A DNA stretch of 64,000 nt from Bacillota bacterium (GCA_023622515.1 JAMNZB010000029.1:13789-77788); one strand, 5' to 3'; numbered from the stretch's first letter, positions 19,738 to 29,666 are shown. A program made the numbers and translations. Notes: generated by a model not told the origin, from the sequence alone.

Positions 19738-19840
19738 CTTCTTTTCTTTTTGTCTGGATTATTCCTTGATGAGAAGTTAAAATAGTTAGGGTTATCGAGT
19801 AAAGAATGAATAAACTAAAGAATTAAAAGACGAGGTATAT

Positions 19841-21145
19841 ATGGATAAAAATCTTATCGATGCTTATGCACACTTTCTGATAGAAGAATTACAACCCGCT
19901 TTAGGCTGTACGGAGCCCATCGCCCTCGCTTATGCCGGTGCAGTAGCCTGGGCAGAGATTGATGCCGAGCCTTCTGCCATTGATGCGGTGGATATCTACT
20001 GTAGCGGCAATATTATTAAAAATGTTATGGGTGTCACAGTTCCTAATACCGGTGGCTTGAAAGGTATCGATGTGGCTACGGCTTGCGGTATTTGTGGGGG
20101 AGATGCCCAGCTCCGCTTAGAGGTCTTAAGTAGTCTGGATGAGGAAAGGATTAAACAAGCTGTAGACTTATGCGAATCCGGAAAAGTTAAGGTTCATCTC
20201 GTCGAGGGAGAAGAAAATTTATATATTCGTGTAGAGATCAAAGTAGGCCAAGACCTTGTTGCTACAGAAATTATGCACAATCATACCCATGTAAATAAAG
20301 TTGTCAAAAATGGAGAAATTCTCTTAGACAATACAGGGGAAGTCTTGCAGGAAAAAAGCAGTCTGCTTCCGGAGTCATGCTCGATAAGAGAAATACTCGA
20401 CTTTGCCGAGACCATTAATTTTTCCGACTATCCCAAGTTGACAGCAAAGCTTAAGCGGCAAATAAACTATAATAAAAAAATTGCTGAGCGAGGATTAGCT
20501 GAAGCTTACGGTGCGGAAATTGGCAGAAGCATTTTAGAAGCAGAGGCTGATGATTGTCCTGAAGTTTTTGCAAAAGCTTTGGCTGCAGCAGGCTCGGACG
20601 CAAGAATGGGCGGTTGTGGTCTGCCGGTGGTCATCAACTCAGGTTCCGGAAACCAGGGGCTGACAGTTTCTTTACCTCTGCTGGCCTATGCAGAACGCAG
20701 AGGTATTTACTCTGAAGATAGGTTCCTAAGAGCCTTGCTCGTTGCTAATTTAGTGGCTAGTCATCAGAAACGCTATATCGGTAAGCTCTCTGCCTATTGC
20801 GGTGTGGTTAGTGCGGCTACAGCTGCAGGCGCCGGTATTGCCTACCTGAAAGGCTCTTCCTATGAGGTGATCAGCCGCCTCATTTCCAATAATCTGGCAA
20901 CAATTGGCGGTATTGTTTGTGATGGGGCTAAAGCCTCATGTGCCTCAAAAGTTGCGCAAAGTATCGATAGTATGTTTTTGAGCCTGCGTATGGCTGAACA
21001 GGGAAGGGGCTTCGAAGCCGGAGACGGTCTGGTCGGCTATGACGTCGAAGAAACGATAAAAAACTTTGGCCGTATGGCGAAAGAGGGTATGAAGGGCACA
21101 GATGTTGAGATATTAAATATTATGATTGCACAAAAGGAAAAGTAG
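19841..21145 (+). CDS. UPF0597 / L-cysteine desulfidase-like (serine dehydratase alpha-like) family protein
   Basis: LGCTEPIALAYA near the N-terminus, GSGNQG and ICDGAKASCA motifs typical of the family. The length of 434 aa also fits. Confidence 0.75.
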   Translation: MDKNLIDAYAHFLIEELQPALGCTEPIALAYAGAVAWAEIDAEPSAIDAVDIYCSGNIIKNVMGVTVPNTGGLKGIDVATACGICGGDAQLRLEVLSSLDEERIKQAVDLCESGKVKVHLVEGEENLYIRVEIKVGQDLVATEIMHNHTHVNKVVKNGEILLDNTGEVLQEKSSLLPESCSIREILDFAETINFSDYPKLTAKLKRQINYNKKIAERGLAEAYGAEIGRSILEAEADDCPEVFAKALAAAGSDARMGGCGLPVVINSGSGNQGLTVSLPLLAYAERRGIYSEDRFLRALLVANLVASHQKRYIGKLSAYCGVVSAATAAGAGIAYLKGSSYEVISRLISNNLATIGGIVCDGAKASCASKVAQSIDSMFLSLRMAEQGRGFEAGDGLVGYDVEETIKNFGRMAKEGMKGTDVEILNIMIAQKEK

Positions 21146-21238
21146 TCTTTCCATTATCTGCAATAATAAGACAATTTGATGTCACTTTTAAAAAGCCAAT
21201 GTAAGAGGAAGGTTAAAGAAAATAACAAGGGAGAAACC

Positions 21239-21267
21239 TTGTAGAAACAGCCATTTCGTGCTACAAT
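21239..21267 (+). promoter_or_regulatory. sigma-A type promoter for rpsB (TTGTAG, 17 bp spacer, TGcTACAAT)
   Basis: The hexamers, the 17-bp spacing and the extended -10 TG were read directly. Confidence 0.55.
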
Positions 21268-21369
21268 CTCCGAGGTTAAAGAACGACACGGAAAAACATC
21301 CTGTTCTAATTGATTGCTAACTCTAATCAATTAGCTAGGTTTTTCCGGAGGACAAAACAGGAGGTAATT

Positions 21370-22158
21370 ATGTCCATTATTTCAATGAAACAACTACTTG
21401 AATCAGGAGTCCATTTCGGGCACCAAACAAGGCGTTGGAACCCTAAGATGAAGGAATACATCTTCACAGATCGTAACGGCATTTATATTATTGACCTTGA
21501 GCAGACTGTTGAAAAAATTGAAGAAGCCTATGATTTTGTACGTGATATTTCCTTGCGAGGTGGTCACATTCTTTTTGTAGGTACAAAAAAACAAGCCAAA
21601 GATGCCGTCCAAGAGGAAGCCGAGCGTTGTAATATGTTTTATGTCAATAACCGCTGGCTTGGTGGTACGATGACAAACTTTAAAACAATCCGCAGCCGGA
21701 TAGAACGCTTAAAAGAATTGCGTGAAATGGCGGTTAACGGGACTTTTGACGTGCTGCCCAAAAAAGAAGTGGCAAAATTGTTGCTGGAGCTCGAAAAACT
21801 CGAAAAAAACCTCGGTGGAATTGTTGAAATGACAAGATTGCCGGATGCCATCTTTGTAGTTGATACAAAAAAAGAACATCTTGCTGTCATGGAAGCTAAA
21901 CGTTTAGGGATTCCCATTATTGCTATTGTTGACACAAACTGTGATCCGGATGATATTGACTACGTCATTCCCGGCAATGATGACGCCATTCGCTCCATCA
22001 AGTTGATTGTTTCAACCATTGCTAATGCTGTTCTTGAGGGCCGCCAAGGGGTTCAAACAGAACTTCAGGAACGGGCTTTACAGAATGAAAACAGAGTTTC
22101 CGAGGCTGAGGCGCAAAAAATATTTGAAGTGGATGATCTTTCCGGTGAAGACGCCTAG
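21370..22158 (+). CDS. rpsB: 30S ribosomal protein S2
   Basis: [36 protein letters not shown] lies 7 nt upstream of ATG 21370. The ORF-track start 21310 is an upstream extension. Confidence 0.95.
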   Translation: MSIISMKQLLESGVHFGHQTRRWNPKMKEYIFTDRNGIYIIDLEQTVEKIEEAYDFVRDISLRGGHILFVGTKKQAKDAVQEEAERCNMFYVNNRWLGGTMTNFKTIRSRIERLKELREMAVNGTFDVLPKKEVAKLLLELEKLEKNLGGIVEMTRLPDAIFVVDTKKEHLAVMEAKRLGIPIIAIVDTNCDPDDIDYVIPGNDDAIRSIKLIVSTIANAVLEGRQGVQTELQERALQNENRVSEAEAQKIFEVDDLSGEDA

Positions 22159-22250
22159 TTGTCCTGTGAAGGAACGATAAGTGGTAAGGTTAGCAATTTA
22201 CGCTAAAGAGATAAAAACACAAAGCATAATATCTAACAATGGAGGAAAGT

Positions 22251-22901
22251 ATGGCAAAAATCGATATTAAATTAATTAAACAACTTCGTGATATGACCGG
22301 TTCAGGTATGGTTGATGTTAAAACAGCCTTGCAAGAAACTAATGGTGACCTTGATGCAGCAGTTAAATGGCTTCGGGAAAAAGGAATGGCCTCAGCAGAT
22401 AAGCGGGCGAGCAAAGTTGCAGCCGAAGGTTTAGTCTATTCATATATTCATGGTGACCGGGTTGGTGTTCTTGTTGAAGTCAACATTGAAACAGACTTTG
22501 CTGCTAAAAATGATAGCTTCCGTGAATTTGTCCATGATGTTGCCATGCAAATTGCTGCTATGAATCCCCAATGGGTTAGCCGTGATGAGGTGCCTGAGAA
22601 TGTCATTCAAAATGAGGAAGCTGTAGCCAGAACTCAGGCAGAAAATGAAGGTAAACCGGAGAAGGTTATTGGCCATATCGTTAAGGGCCGCCTTGAAAAA
22701 TTCTATGAAAACAGCTGCTTGCTTGACCAAGCATTTATCAAAGATGACAGCAAGACAATTGCCGATCTTTTGAAAGAAAAGATTGCAACCATCGGTGAAA
22801 ATATTAAGATCCGACGCTTTACCCGTTATGAAGTCGGTGAAGGGATTGAGAAGGAAGAAGAAGATTTCCAAAAGGAAGTCATGGAACAGCTGAACAGATA
22901 A
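22251..22901 (+). CDS. tsf: translation elongation factor Ts (short form)
   Basis: IKQLRDMTGSGMVDVKTALQETNGDLDAAVKWLREKG is a UBA-like N-terminus. RBS GGAGGA precedes ATG 22251. Confidence 0.93.
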   Translation: MAKIDIKLIKQLRDMTGSGMVDVKTALQETNGDLDAAVKWLREKGMASADKRASKVAAEGLVYSYIHGDRVGVLVEVNIETDFAAKNDSFREFVHDVAMQIAAMNPQWVSRDEVPENVIQNEEAVARTQAENEGKPEKVIGHIVKGRLEKFYENSCLLDQAFIKDDSKTIADLLKEKIATIGENIKIRRFTRYEVGEGIEKEEEDFQKEVMEQLNR

Positions 22902-22920
22902 AGTTCTTAAAACTCAACCG

Positions 22921-22949
22921 GAAGACACGTCAATGACGTGTCTTCTTTT
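22921..22949 (+). terminator. rho-independent terminator after tsf
   Basis: GAAGACACGTC-loop-GACGTGTCTTC followed by TTTTA. Confidence 0.8.
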
Positions 22950-22983
22950 ATAGGACGCATTTGCGCGAGTGGAGGCGATAAGT

Positions 22984-23679
22984 ATGACAAAAAGAATCAT
23001 TTTAAAGCTGAGCGGTGAAGCCTTGGCCGGAGAGGATAAGGTTGGTATAAACAATGAGGTTATCGAAAAATTTGCCAAGGAAGTTAGGGCAATTGTAGAA
23101 AACGATATCGAACTTGCTATTGTTGTTGGCGGAGGAAACTTCTGGCGAGGCCGTTCCAGCAAGGACATGGATAGGGTAACGGCAGACTACATTGGTATGC
23201 TTGCCACAACAATGAATTGCCTGGCTTTTGCCGATGCCATCAAAAGAGAAGGCCTGGAATGTCTTGTTCTAAACGCACTTGACCTGCGCAAGGTGACCGG
23301 CTTATTTACCAAGGATGAGGCGATAGAGGCTCTGGAAGAAGGAAAGGTTTTACTTCTTGCCGGGGGTACGGGTAATCCTTTTTTCAGCACAGATTCGACA
23401 GCTGCTCTCCGGGCCGCTGAACTTGAAGCGGATATTGTCCTTAAGGCAACCTTAGTTGACGGTGTATATGACAAGGATCCGCAAAAGTACGATGACGCTG
23501 TGATGTACAAGGAACTGACCCATGACCAGATTCTTGAGCAAAATTTAGCAGTCATTGATGCGACTTGTGCAGCCCTCTTACGTGACAGCAAGATAGCCCT
23601 TCGTGTTTTCAATATACAAAAGGAGGGGAATATCCTAGCTGCGGCATGTGGTGAAGATATCGGTACTCTGGTCCAATAG
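22984..23679 (+). CDS. pyrH: UMP kinase
   Basis: RIILKLSGEAL, VVGGGNFWRG and GTGNPFFSTD motifs. Confidence 0.93.
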   Translation: MTKRIILKLSGEALAGEDKVGINNEVIEKFAKEVRAIVENDIELAIVVGGGNFWRGRSSKDMDRVTADYIGMLATTMNCLAFADAIKREGLECLVLNALDLRKVTGLFTKDEAIEALEEGKVLLLAGGTGNPFFSTDSTAALRAAELEADIVLKATLVDGVYDKDPQKYDDAVMYKELTHDQILEQNLAVIDATCAALLRDSKIALRVFNIQKEGNILAAACGEDIGTLVQ

Positions 23680-23791
23680 CCGGGCCGCATTACTTTTTTA
23701 TCATTAGCAAATGCCGATGAACAGATTATATTCTTTTCATGCATGAAATCAGTTATAATGAACGACAAAGCTTATGGGAGGTTCTATAACC

Positions 23792-24355
23792 ATGGAAATT
23801 ACAAAAGACACATATAAGCCATATGAAGAAAAAATGCAGACGAGTATTCGTGTACTGGAAGGCCACTTTAACACCATTCGTGCAGGAAGGGCCAACCCCA
23901 GGCTGCTGGATAATATTACGGTTGATTACTATGGTGTAGCAACACCAATCCAGCAAGTGGCCAATATTCAGGTTCCTGAAGCCAGGCTTATTACCATTAC
24001 ACCCTGGGAAGCCAAGATGGTTAAAGAGATAGAGCGGGCAATCCAGGCCTCGGACTTGGGGATTAACCCTAATAATGATGGCAAATGTATTCGCCTTGCC
24101 TTTCCGCAACTGACAGAGGAACGTCGTTTGGAGTTAACCAAGGATGTAAATAAGTTAGCTGAAGAAGCCAAAATATCCATACGCAATGTGCGAAGAGAGG
24201 CTATTGATACCTTTAGGACTCACGAAAAAAATGGAGAAATTCGTGAGGATGAATTATTCATTTTTGAAGAAGAAATTCAAAAATTGACCGACAAGTATGT
24301 TGCTAATGTGGATAAGGTGAGCGAAAAGAAAAATCAAGAATTATTAGAAGTCTAA
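23792..24355 (+). CDS. frr: ribosome recycling factor
   Basis: RAGRANPRLLDNITVDYYG and LTEERRLELTK motifs. RBS GGGAGG precedes ATG 23792. Confidence 0.93.
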   Translation: MEITKDTYKPYEEKMQTSIRVLEGHFNTIRAGRANPRLLDNITVDYYGVATPIQQVANIQVPEARLITITPWEAKMVKEIERAIQASDLGINPNNDGKCIRLAFPQLTEERRLELTKDVNKLAEEAKISIRNVRREAIDTFRTHEKNGEIREDELFIFEEEIQKLTDKYVANVDKVSEKKNQELLEV

Positions 24356-24368
24356 GGGGTAGACTGTT

Positions 24369-25082
24369 GTGGGGAAAAAGCTTGAACATCTGGCTATCAT
24401 TATGGATGGCAACGGGCGTTGGGCAAAAGAACGGGGCTTATCGGTAAAGGAAGGCCATCAGGCCGGAGCTAACAACCTCAAAAACATTGCTGAGGCTGTC
24501 CTTGAGGAAGGTATTCCCAATCTTTCGGTGTATGCTTTTTCTACAGAAAATTGGAAGCGTTCGAACAAAGAAATTCAGGCTCTAATGCAGATATTTTCCA
24601 ATTTTTTTGACCGCTATGCGGATGATTTACATAAACATCAGGTAAAGATTCATTTTGTAGGCAATCTTTCCAGATTCCCCAAGAAGATACAAGGGATTTG
24701 CTCAGCAGTTTCAGCAAAAGTCATTCCTGATGTGAAACTTGATTTATATGTTTGCTTTAATTACGGGGGCCGCGATGAGATTATTCGGGCAGTTAGCGAT
24801 TTGGTGCAAAAAAAAGAGAAACATGAGATTTTGTCCTCATTGACCGAAGAGACTTTTAGAGAACACCTGTATTGCCCCCGGCTGGCCGATCCTGATTTGA
24901 TCATAAGGACAGCAGGAGAAATGCGCCTTTCTAATTTCTGGCTTTGGCAGAGTGCCTATGCCGAGTTTTATACAACAGATGTATATTGGCCGGATTTTAG
25001 CAAGGAGGATCTGCAAAAGGCCTTGGAGGTCTTTTATCAGAGAGAGCGACGCTTCGGCAACCGTATTGAAAGCAAAAAATAG
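24369..25082 (+). CDS. uppS: isoprenyl transferase (undecaprenyl diphosphate synthase)
   Basis: HLAIIMDGNGRWA, YAFSTENWKR and RTAGEMRLSNFWLWQ motifs. Confidence 0.93.
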   Translation: MGKKLEHLAIIMDGNGRWAKERGLSVKEGHQAGANNLKNIAEAVLEEGIPNLSVYAFSTENWKRSNKEIQALMQIFSNFFDRYADDLHKHQVKIHFVGNLSRFPKKIQGICSAVSAKVIPDVKLDLYVCFNYGGRDEIIRAVSDLVQKKEKHEILSSLTEETFREHLYCPRLADPDLIIRTAGEMRLSNFWLWQSAYAEFYTTDVYWPDFSKEDLQKALEVFYQRERRFGNRIESKK

Positions 25083-25097
25083 AATGGCGAGGTCGGA

Positions 25098-25991
25098 ATG
25101 AAGTCTCGTGTTGTCAGTGCCGTTATATATGTAGCTCTTGTAGCTGTTTTTTTGCTCTTAGCCGCAAAATGGGCCGTTAGTTTTTCTGTTTTTTTGGCTA
25201 TTACCTTATATCTAATGGTGCAGGAAATCTTACCTTTATTTGGTCTTTCCGCAAATAGGAAAAACAGGCTGGCCATGTTAATGTCCGGTCTGTCTTTTCT
25301 TATTCCCTTGCTTTTTCCCGGAGCCTGGGCCGGTGAGCCAATGTATAGCTTGGATGGAAGCCTAAAGGCAATCTTGGGAAAGGACGAAGCTGTACAGTCC
25401 CTTCTTCTGTTTTTACTGTGGCAGCTTGTGGCTATCGCCATAGTCATTTTTCACTCTTTGTTTAAGGAAGGGGAAAAGTCATTGGATAAAACCATTCCCT
25501 TTGCTTTTGCAGGCTTGTATTTGGCTTTCCCCTTATTTTCAGCAAATTTTATATTGTTTGCTATCCCCTATGGTTGGTTTTGGCTCTTGTTGGCCCTTGT
25601 AACGCCTTGGATTTCAGATACGCTGGCTTGGTTTTGCGGGTCAAAATGGGGAAAGGAAAAAATTTTCCCGAGCCTATCACCTAAAAAATCATTTGAGGGC
25701 TTTTGGGCAGGAATTGTAGGAACAGCTGTGTTTTATCTCATGCCGGCTATTCATTTTATAGGGAAAGACCTGCTCCCTTTCTACAGCCTGCCCTTAATAT
25801 TGCTCTTCGGCGCCCTGGCTTCTTTTATCTGCCAAATGGGCGATCTCTTTGAGTCTGCACTAAAAAGACGGGCCGGTCTGAAAGATAGCGGAGATTTAAT
25901 TCCCGGTCATGGCGGAATTTTAGACCGCGTAGATTCCAGCTTATTTATTTTGCCCTATTTTTTCCTGGTCTTGTCCTTTGTCTATTTATAG
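25098..25991 (+). CDS. cdsA: phosphatidate cytidylyltransferase
   Basis: Polytopic membrane protein with SDTLAWFCGSKWGKEKIFPSLSPKKSFEG and PGHGGILDRVDS motifs. Confidence 0.9.
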   Translation: MKSRVVSAVIYVALVAVFLLLAAKWAVSFSVFLAITLYLMVQEILPLFGLSANRKNRLAMLMSGLSFLIPLLFPGAWAGEPMYSLDGSLKAILGKDEAVQSLLLFLLWQLVAIAIVIFHSLFKEGEKSLDKTIPFAFAGLYLAFPLFSANFILFAIPYGWFWLLLALVTPWISDTLAWFCGSKWGKEKIFPSLSPKKSFEGFWAGIVGTAVFYLMPAIHFIGKDLLPFYSLPLILLFGALASFICQMGDLFESALKRRAGLKDSGDLIPGHGGILDRVDSSLFILPYFFLVLSFVYL

Positions 25992-26048
25992 CATGCGGAT
26001 TGTGTTAAATCTCAAAAAAAAATAGCGGGGAAAATTTAGGAGGTTTTC

Positions 26049-27189
26049 TTGAAAACAATAACACTTCTTGGGTCAACGGGTTCTATCGGAAGACAGGCAT
26101 TAGATGTATGTGAACGCTTAAAAATTTATCCGAAATTTTTGTCAGCAAAATCGAATATGCTCCTTTTGGCTGAACAAATTGCTAAGTTTTCGCCGGAAAG
26201 AGTGGTTGTTGGCGGCGAGGATGAGGCAAAAGAATTACAAAAACTCTTGCATGAGCGATTTGTTCCTTATCCTGAAATTGCCTATTCTGAAGAGGCTCTC
26301 TGCAAACTTGCCGCTGAGAAAGTAGACAGGGTACTTGTTGCCATCTCGGGTTTTGCCGCCTTAAAACCGGTTTATGCGGCAATTTTGGCAAAAAACAGTA
26401 TTGGGCTGGCCAATAAGGAGGCGGTGGTTGTAGCAGGTGATTTGCTCTTGCCTCTGGCAAAGGAGAGTAAAGTTGATATTCTTCCTGTGGACAGTGAACA
26501 CTCGGCAATCTGGCAATGCCTTGCTGCTGCTCCGGAAAAATCCTGCAGAAAAATCTACTTGACCGCCTCAGGTGGTCCCTTTTTACACCATAGCTTTGAA
26601 GCCTTGAAAACAGTTACAGCCGAAGAGGCTTTGGCTCATCCGGTTTGGGAGATGGGGGCGAAAATAAGCATTGATTCTGCAACCATGTTTAACAAAGGAT
26701 TAGAATTGATTGAGGCCATGCAGCTATAGCGAGGGCATCGTCCATTCGCTTACAGAATTCCATGATGGCTCCATTTTAGCCCAGTTGGGCTATCCTGATA
26801 TGCGCATCCCCATCCAACTTGCCTTGACTTGGCCCAAGCGAATAGATACAAAATTGCCACGTTTCGATTTTTTTGCTGAGGGCCCCTCCCGGGCTTTAGT
26901 TTTTGAAAAACCTGATGAAAAGCGATTTCCTGCCTTAAAAATTGCCCGTAAAGCGGCAAGGATGGGGAAGGAGATCCCCTTAGTCATGAATGCGGCTAAT
27001 GAAATTGCCGTTCAAGCATTTTTGGATAACAAGCTTTCTTTCTTCGGCATTAGTCAAATTGTGGCCAGTGCAATAGAATATTTTTCGTCACAAAAGCGTC
27101 TGACAGACTTTACGTTAGATGGTATGATAAAACACGATCAACTGGTACGTGAATGGACAGAAGAAAATCTGTCTGTTGCTGATAAATAA
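26049..27189 (+). pseudogene. dxr: 1-deoxy-D-xylulose 5-phosphate reductoisomerase, split into two ORFs (26049..26729 and 26710..27189) by an internal deletion/frameshift
   Basis: The N-terminal ORF has LGSTGSIG, ANKE, DSEHSA and NKGLELIEA, then hits TAG at 26727-26729. The second frame resumes at GIVHSLTEFHDGSILAQLGYPDMRIPIQ. The conserved segment of about 12-16 aa between these blocks in E. coli and B. subtilis Dxr is missing. Confidence 0.8.
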
Positions 27190-27208
27190 CATAATAAAAG
27201 GGGATTTC

Positions 27209-28561
27209 ATGGGAACGATTTTAGGAATTGTAGTGGGTCTTTTGATCCTTAGTATTATGATGCTTGTTCATGAGCTGGGGCACTTTTTAGCCGGTAAGGC
27301 TCTCGGTTTTAAAATTATTTCTTTCAACCTGTTTATGGGGCCGGTTCTCTGGTCAAAAAAAGGAAAAGATGGCGTTACCTATACCTTGCGCCTTGTGCCA
27401 ATGGGGGCCTCGGTTGAGTTTGCCGGTGAAAACAGCGGTATCAATGAGCTGCCGGAGGAAGAAGAGGCCGAGGAAACAGCTGCGGAAGTCTTTGATCCGG
27501 AAGATCCTTCCTTGTTTTTCAACCGGCCCAGATGGGCGAGAGCCATTGTGGTTTTCATGGGGCCTTTGTTTAATTTTATTACCGCTTTTCTAGCCTTTGC
27601 CCTCCTCTTTATCTTTTTGGGACAGGCCATCATGCCTATCATTGGAGAGGTGGAGCCGGCTTCTCTTGCTGCCGAACAGGGCTTGGAGCCGGGTGACCGC
27701 ATCATTAAAGTTAATCAGGATGCTGTTTACAGTTCTCTTGATTATTCTATTGCCCTTAGCATGAGTGAGGCGGATAGTTATTCTTTTATGGTCAAAAAGG
27801 CAGACGGGAGCAAAAAGGAAATACAAATTGTTCCTGAATATGTGGAGCGCTACCGCTTAGGGATTAGCTATGATCCCACAAAACCGGGGATGGCGGTAAC
27901 GGCTGTTGACCCTCTTTCCAATGCGGGTCAACCTGTCTTGGAAGTAGGGGATAATATTCTCAGCCTTAACGGTATTTCTTCAGAGGACGATGAAGCCTTT
28001 ACCGCAGAAATAGAAAAAAATGGGGGTGAAGAAGTCATTCTTGAGATTTCTCGGAGAGGAGAAGTGCAAGAAATTTCTATGAAGCTCACTCTCTTTCAAG
28101 ACCAAGTTCCGCTTGGTATTTTCTTGCGTCCGGCAGAAAATTTAGCTGAAGCCCTGGGCCAAGCGGCCGTGTATCCGCTTTCCGTGGTAAAGTCTACATT
28201 TAAAGGCTTAAGGCTGATGTTTTCCGGTGCGATTTCAGCAAAAGAAGGTTTAACCGGACCAATCGGCATTGTTAATATGGTTGGTGGTGTCGTTAAGACA
28301 AAAATATCACTGGCAGATAAAATCCAACAACTCATTACTTTATTTGGTTTGATCTCGGTTGCCGTAGGCTTTACCAACCTGCTTCCGATTCCGCCCTTTG
28401 ATGGCTTCCACTTGCTTGTTCTTGGGGTCGAAGGCCTTATTCGTCGTGACTTACCGATGAAAGTAAAGGAGGGCTTTGCCGCAATCGGCCTCATTTTAGT
28501 CCTGCTATTAGTTGTCTATGTCTTCTATATCGACATCAGCCGCATCATTAGCTTTTGGTAA
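27209..28561 (+). CDS. rseP: RIP zinc metalloprotease RseP/YluC (M50 with PDZ)
   Basis: HELGH, a PDZ-like segment (GLEPGDRIIKVN) and NLLPIPPFDG. ATG 27209 is preferred over 27149. Confidence 0.9.
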   Translation: MGTILGIVVGLLILSIMMLVHELGHFLAGKALGFKIISFNLFMGPVLWSKKGKDGVTYTLRLVPMGASVEFAGENSGINELPEEEEAEETAAEVFDPEDPSLFFNRPRWARAIVVFMGPLFNFITAFLAFALLFIFLGQAIMPIIGEVEPASLAAEQGLEPGDRIIKVNQDAVYSSLDYSIALSMSEADSYSFMVKKADGSKKEIQIVPEYVERYRLGISYDPTKPGMAVTAVDPLSNAGQPVLEVGDNILSLNGISSEDDEAFTAEIEKNGGEEVILEISRRGEVQEISMKLTLFQDQVPLGIFLRPAENLAEALGQAAVYPLSVVKSTFKGLRLMFSGAISAKEGLTGPIGIVNMVGGVVKTKISLADKIQQLITLFGLISVAVGFTNLLPIPPFDGFHLLVLGVEGLIRRDLPMKVKEGFAAIGLILVLLLVVYVFYIDISRIISFW

Positions 28562-28583
28562 GAGAGAGACAGGAGGATAGTTA

Positions 28584-29666
28584 GTGTTTGCTATACCAAG
28601 ACGACATCCTTCAAGACAAGTTCAAGTGGCCTCCCTCCTTGTAGGGGGAGGGGCACCGATTGTTGTCCAATCGATGAACTCCCGTCCGGCCCTAGATATT
28701 GAGGGCAACCTGCAGGAGTTGGAAGAGTTGAAAAAAGCCGGTTGTGAACTTTCCCGTTTAGCTATTCCGACCAAGGAAAGTTTGAAGGCTTTTGAGGAAA
28801 TAGTTAGCCGGTCACCGCTGCCTATTGTTGCTGATATTCATTTTGACTATCGTCTCGCCCTGGCTGCACTGGAGCGAGGGGCAGCAGCTTTACGACTTAA
28901 TCCGGGCAATATACGTAATCAAGAGGGACTTGCCGAAGTCGCCAAAATGGCCAAGCGCAAACAAGTCCCTATTCGTGTTGGGGTGAATGCCGGTTCGCTC
29001 GATAAGCGGATTATCGCTGAGGAAGGTGGGGTTAACGCCAAAAGTATGCTAAGGTCAGCCCGGGAGGCTTTGGGCTTTTTTGAAGCCTTGGATTTCGATG
29101 ACCTATGTATCTCGATGAAGGCATCGCATGGTCCGCTTCTGATTGCGGCCAATGCCCTAATCGCAGAGGCTTGCCACTACCCCATCCACTTAGGTCTTAC
29201 TGAAGCCGGGACCAAGGAGAAGGGAGCTGTGCGTTCCGCTGCAGCTTTGGCCCCGCTCCTCTATGCAGGCATAGGAGATACTATACGAATTTCTCTAACT
29301 GCAGACCCGGTAGAGGAAGTTCATGTTGCCTATGACATTCTCCAGGCTCTTGGTTTAAGGGACCATGGAGCCCGACTGGTTAGTTGCCCCGGATGTGGTA
29401 GGACAGAAGTTGATATAAGACCTATGGCTGCCAGGGTAGAGGACTATATCCGTACGATTCGCGAGCCCTTGACCATTGCGGTTATGGGGTGTCCGGTTAA
29501 TGGACCGGGAGAGGCTAGAGAAGCGGACTACGGTTTGGCCGGAGGGAGGAATGAGTATTTGCTCTTTGCAAAAGGCAAGATCTTACATAAAGTTAAAGAA
29601 GAGGAGGCCTTTGGCGCCCTGGTTCAACTGATTGAAGAAGGCTTGGAAGACGAGTCGGAGGAATAG
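28584..29666 (+). CDS. ispG: 4-hydroxy-3-methylbut-2-en-1-yl diphosphate synthase
   Basis: ADIHFDYRLA, RLNPGNI, SCPGCGRT and GCPVNGPGE motifs. Confidence 0.93.
   Translation: MFAIPRRHPSRQVQVASLLVGGGAPIVVQSMNSRPALDIEGNLQELEELKKAGCELSRLAIPTKESLKAFEEIVSRSPLPIVADIHFDYRLALAALERGAAALRLNPGNIRNQEGLAEVAKMAKRKQVPIRVGVNAGSLDKRIIAEEGGVNAKSMLRSAREALGFFEALDFDDLCISMKASHGPLLIAANALIAEACHYPIHLGLTEAGTKEKGAVRSAAALAPLLYAGIGDTIRISLTADPVEEVHVAYDILQALGLRDHGARLVSCPGCGRTEVDIRPMAARVEDYIRTIREPLTIAVMGCPVNGPGEAREADYGLAGGRNEYLLFAKGKILHKVKEEEAFGALVQLIEEGLEDESEE

Noticed and set aside
23187-23768. 193-aa ORF antisense to pyrH. Similar long antisense ORFs occur at 22440..22871, 30369..30953, 35450..35959 and 52039..52503.
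   Set aside because: Each lies fully inside a well-conserved gene on the opposite strand. They have low-complexity or odd composition and no RBS context. They are typical shadow ORFs.
26182-26508. 108-aa minus-strand ORF inside dxr
   Set aside because: It is antisense to a conserved part of dxr and has proline/glutamine-rich low complexity. It is a shadow ORF and does not explain the dxr disruption.
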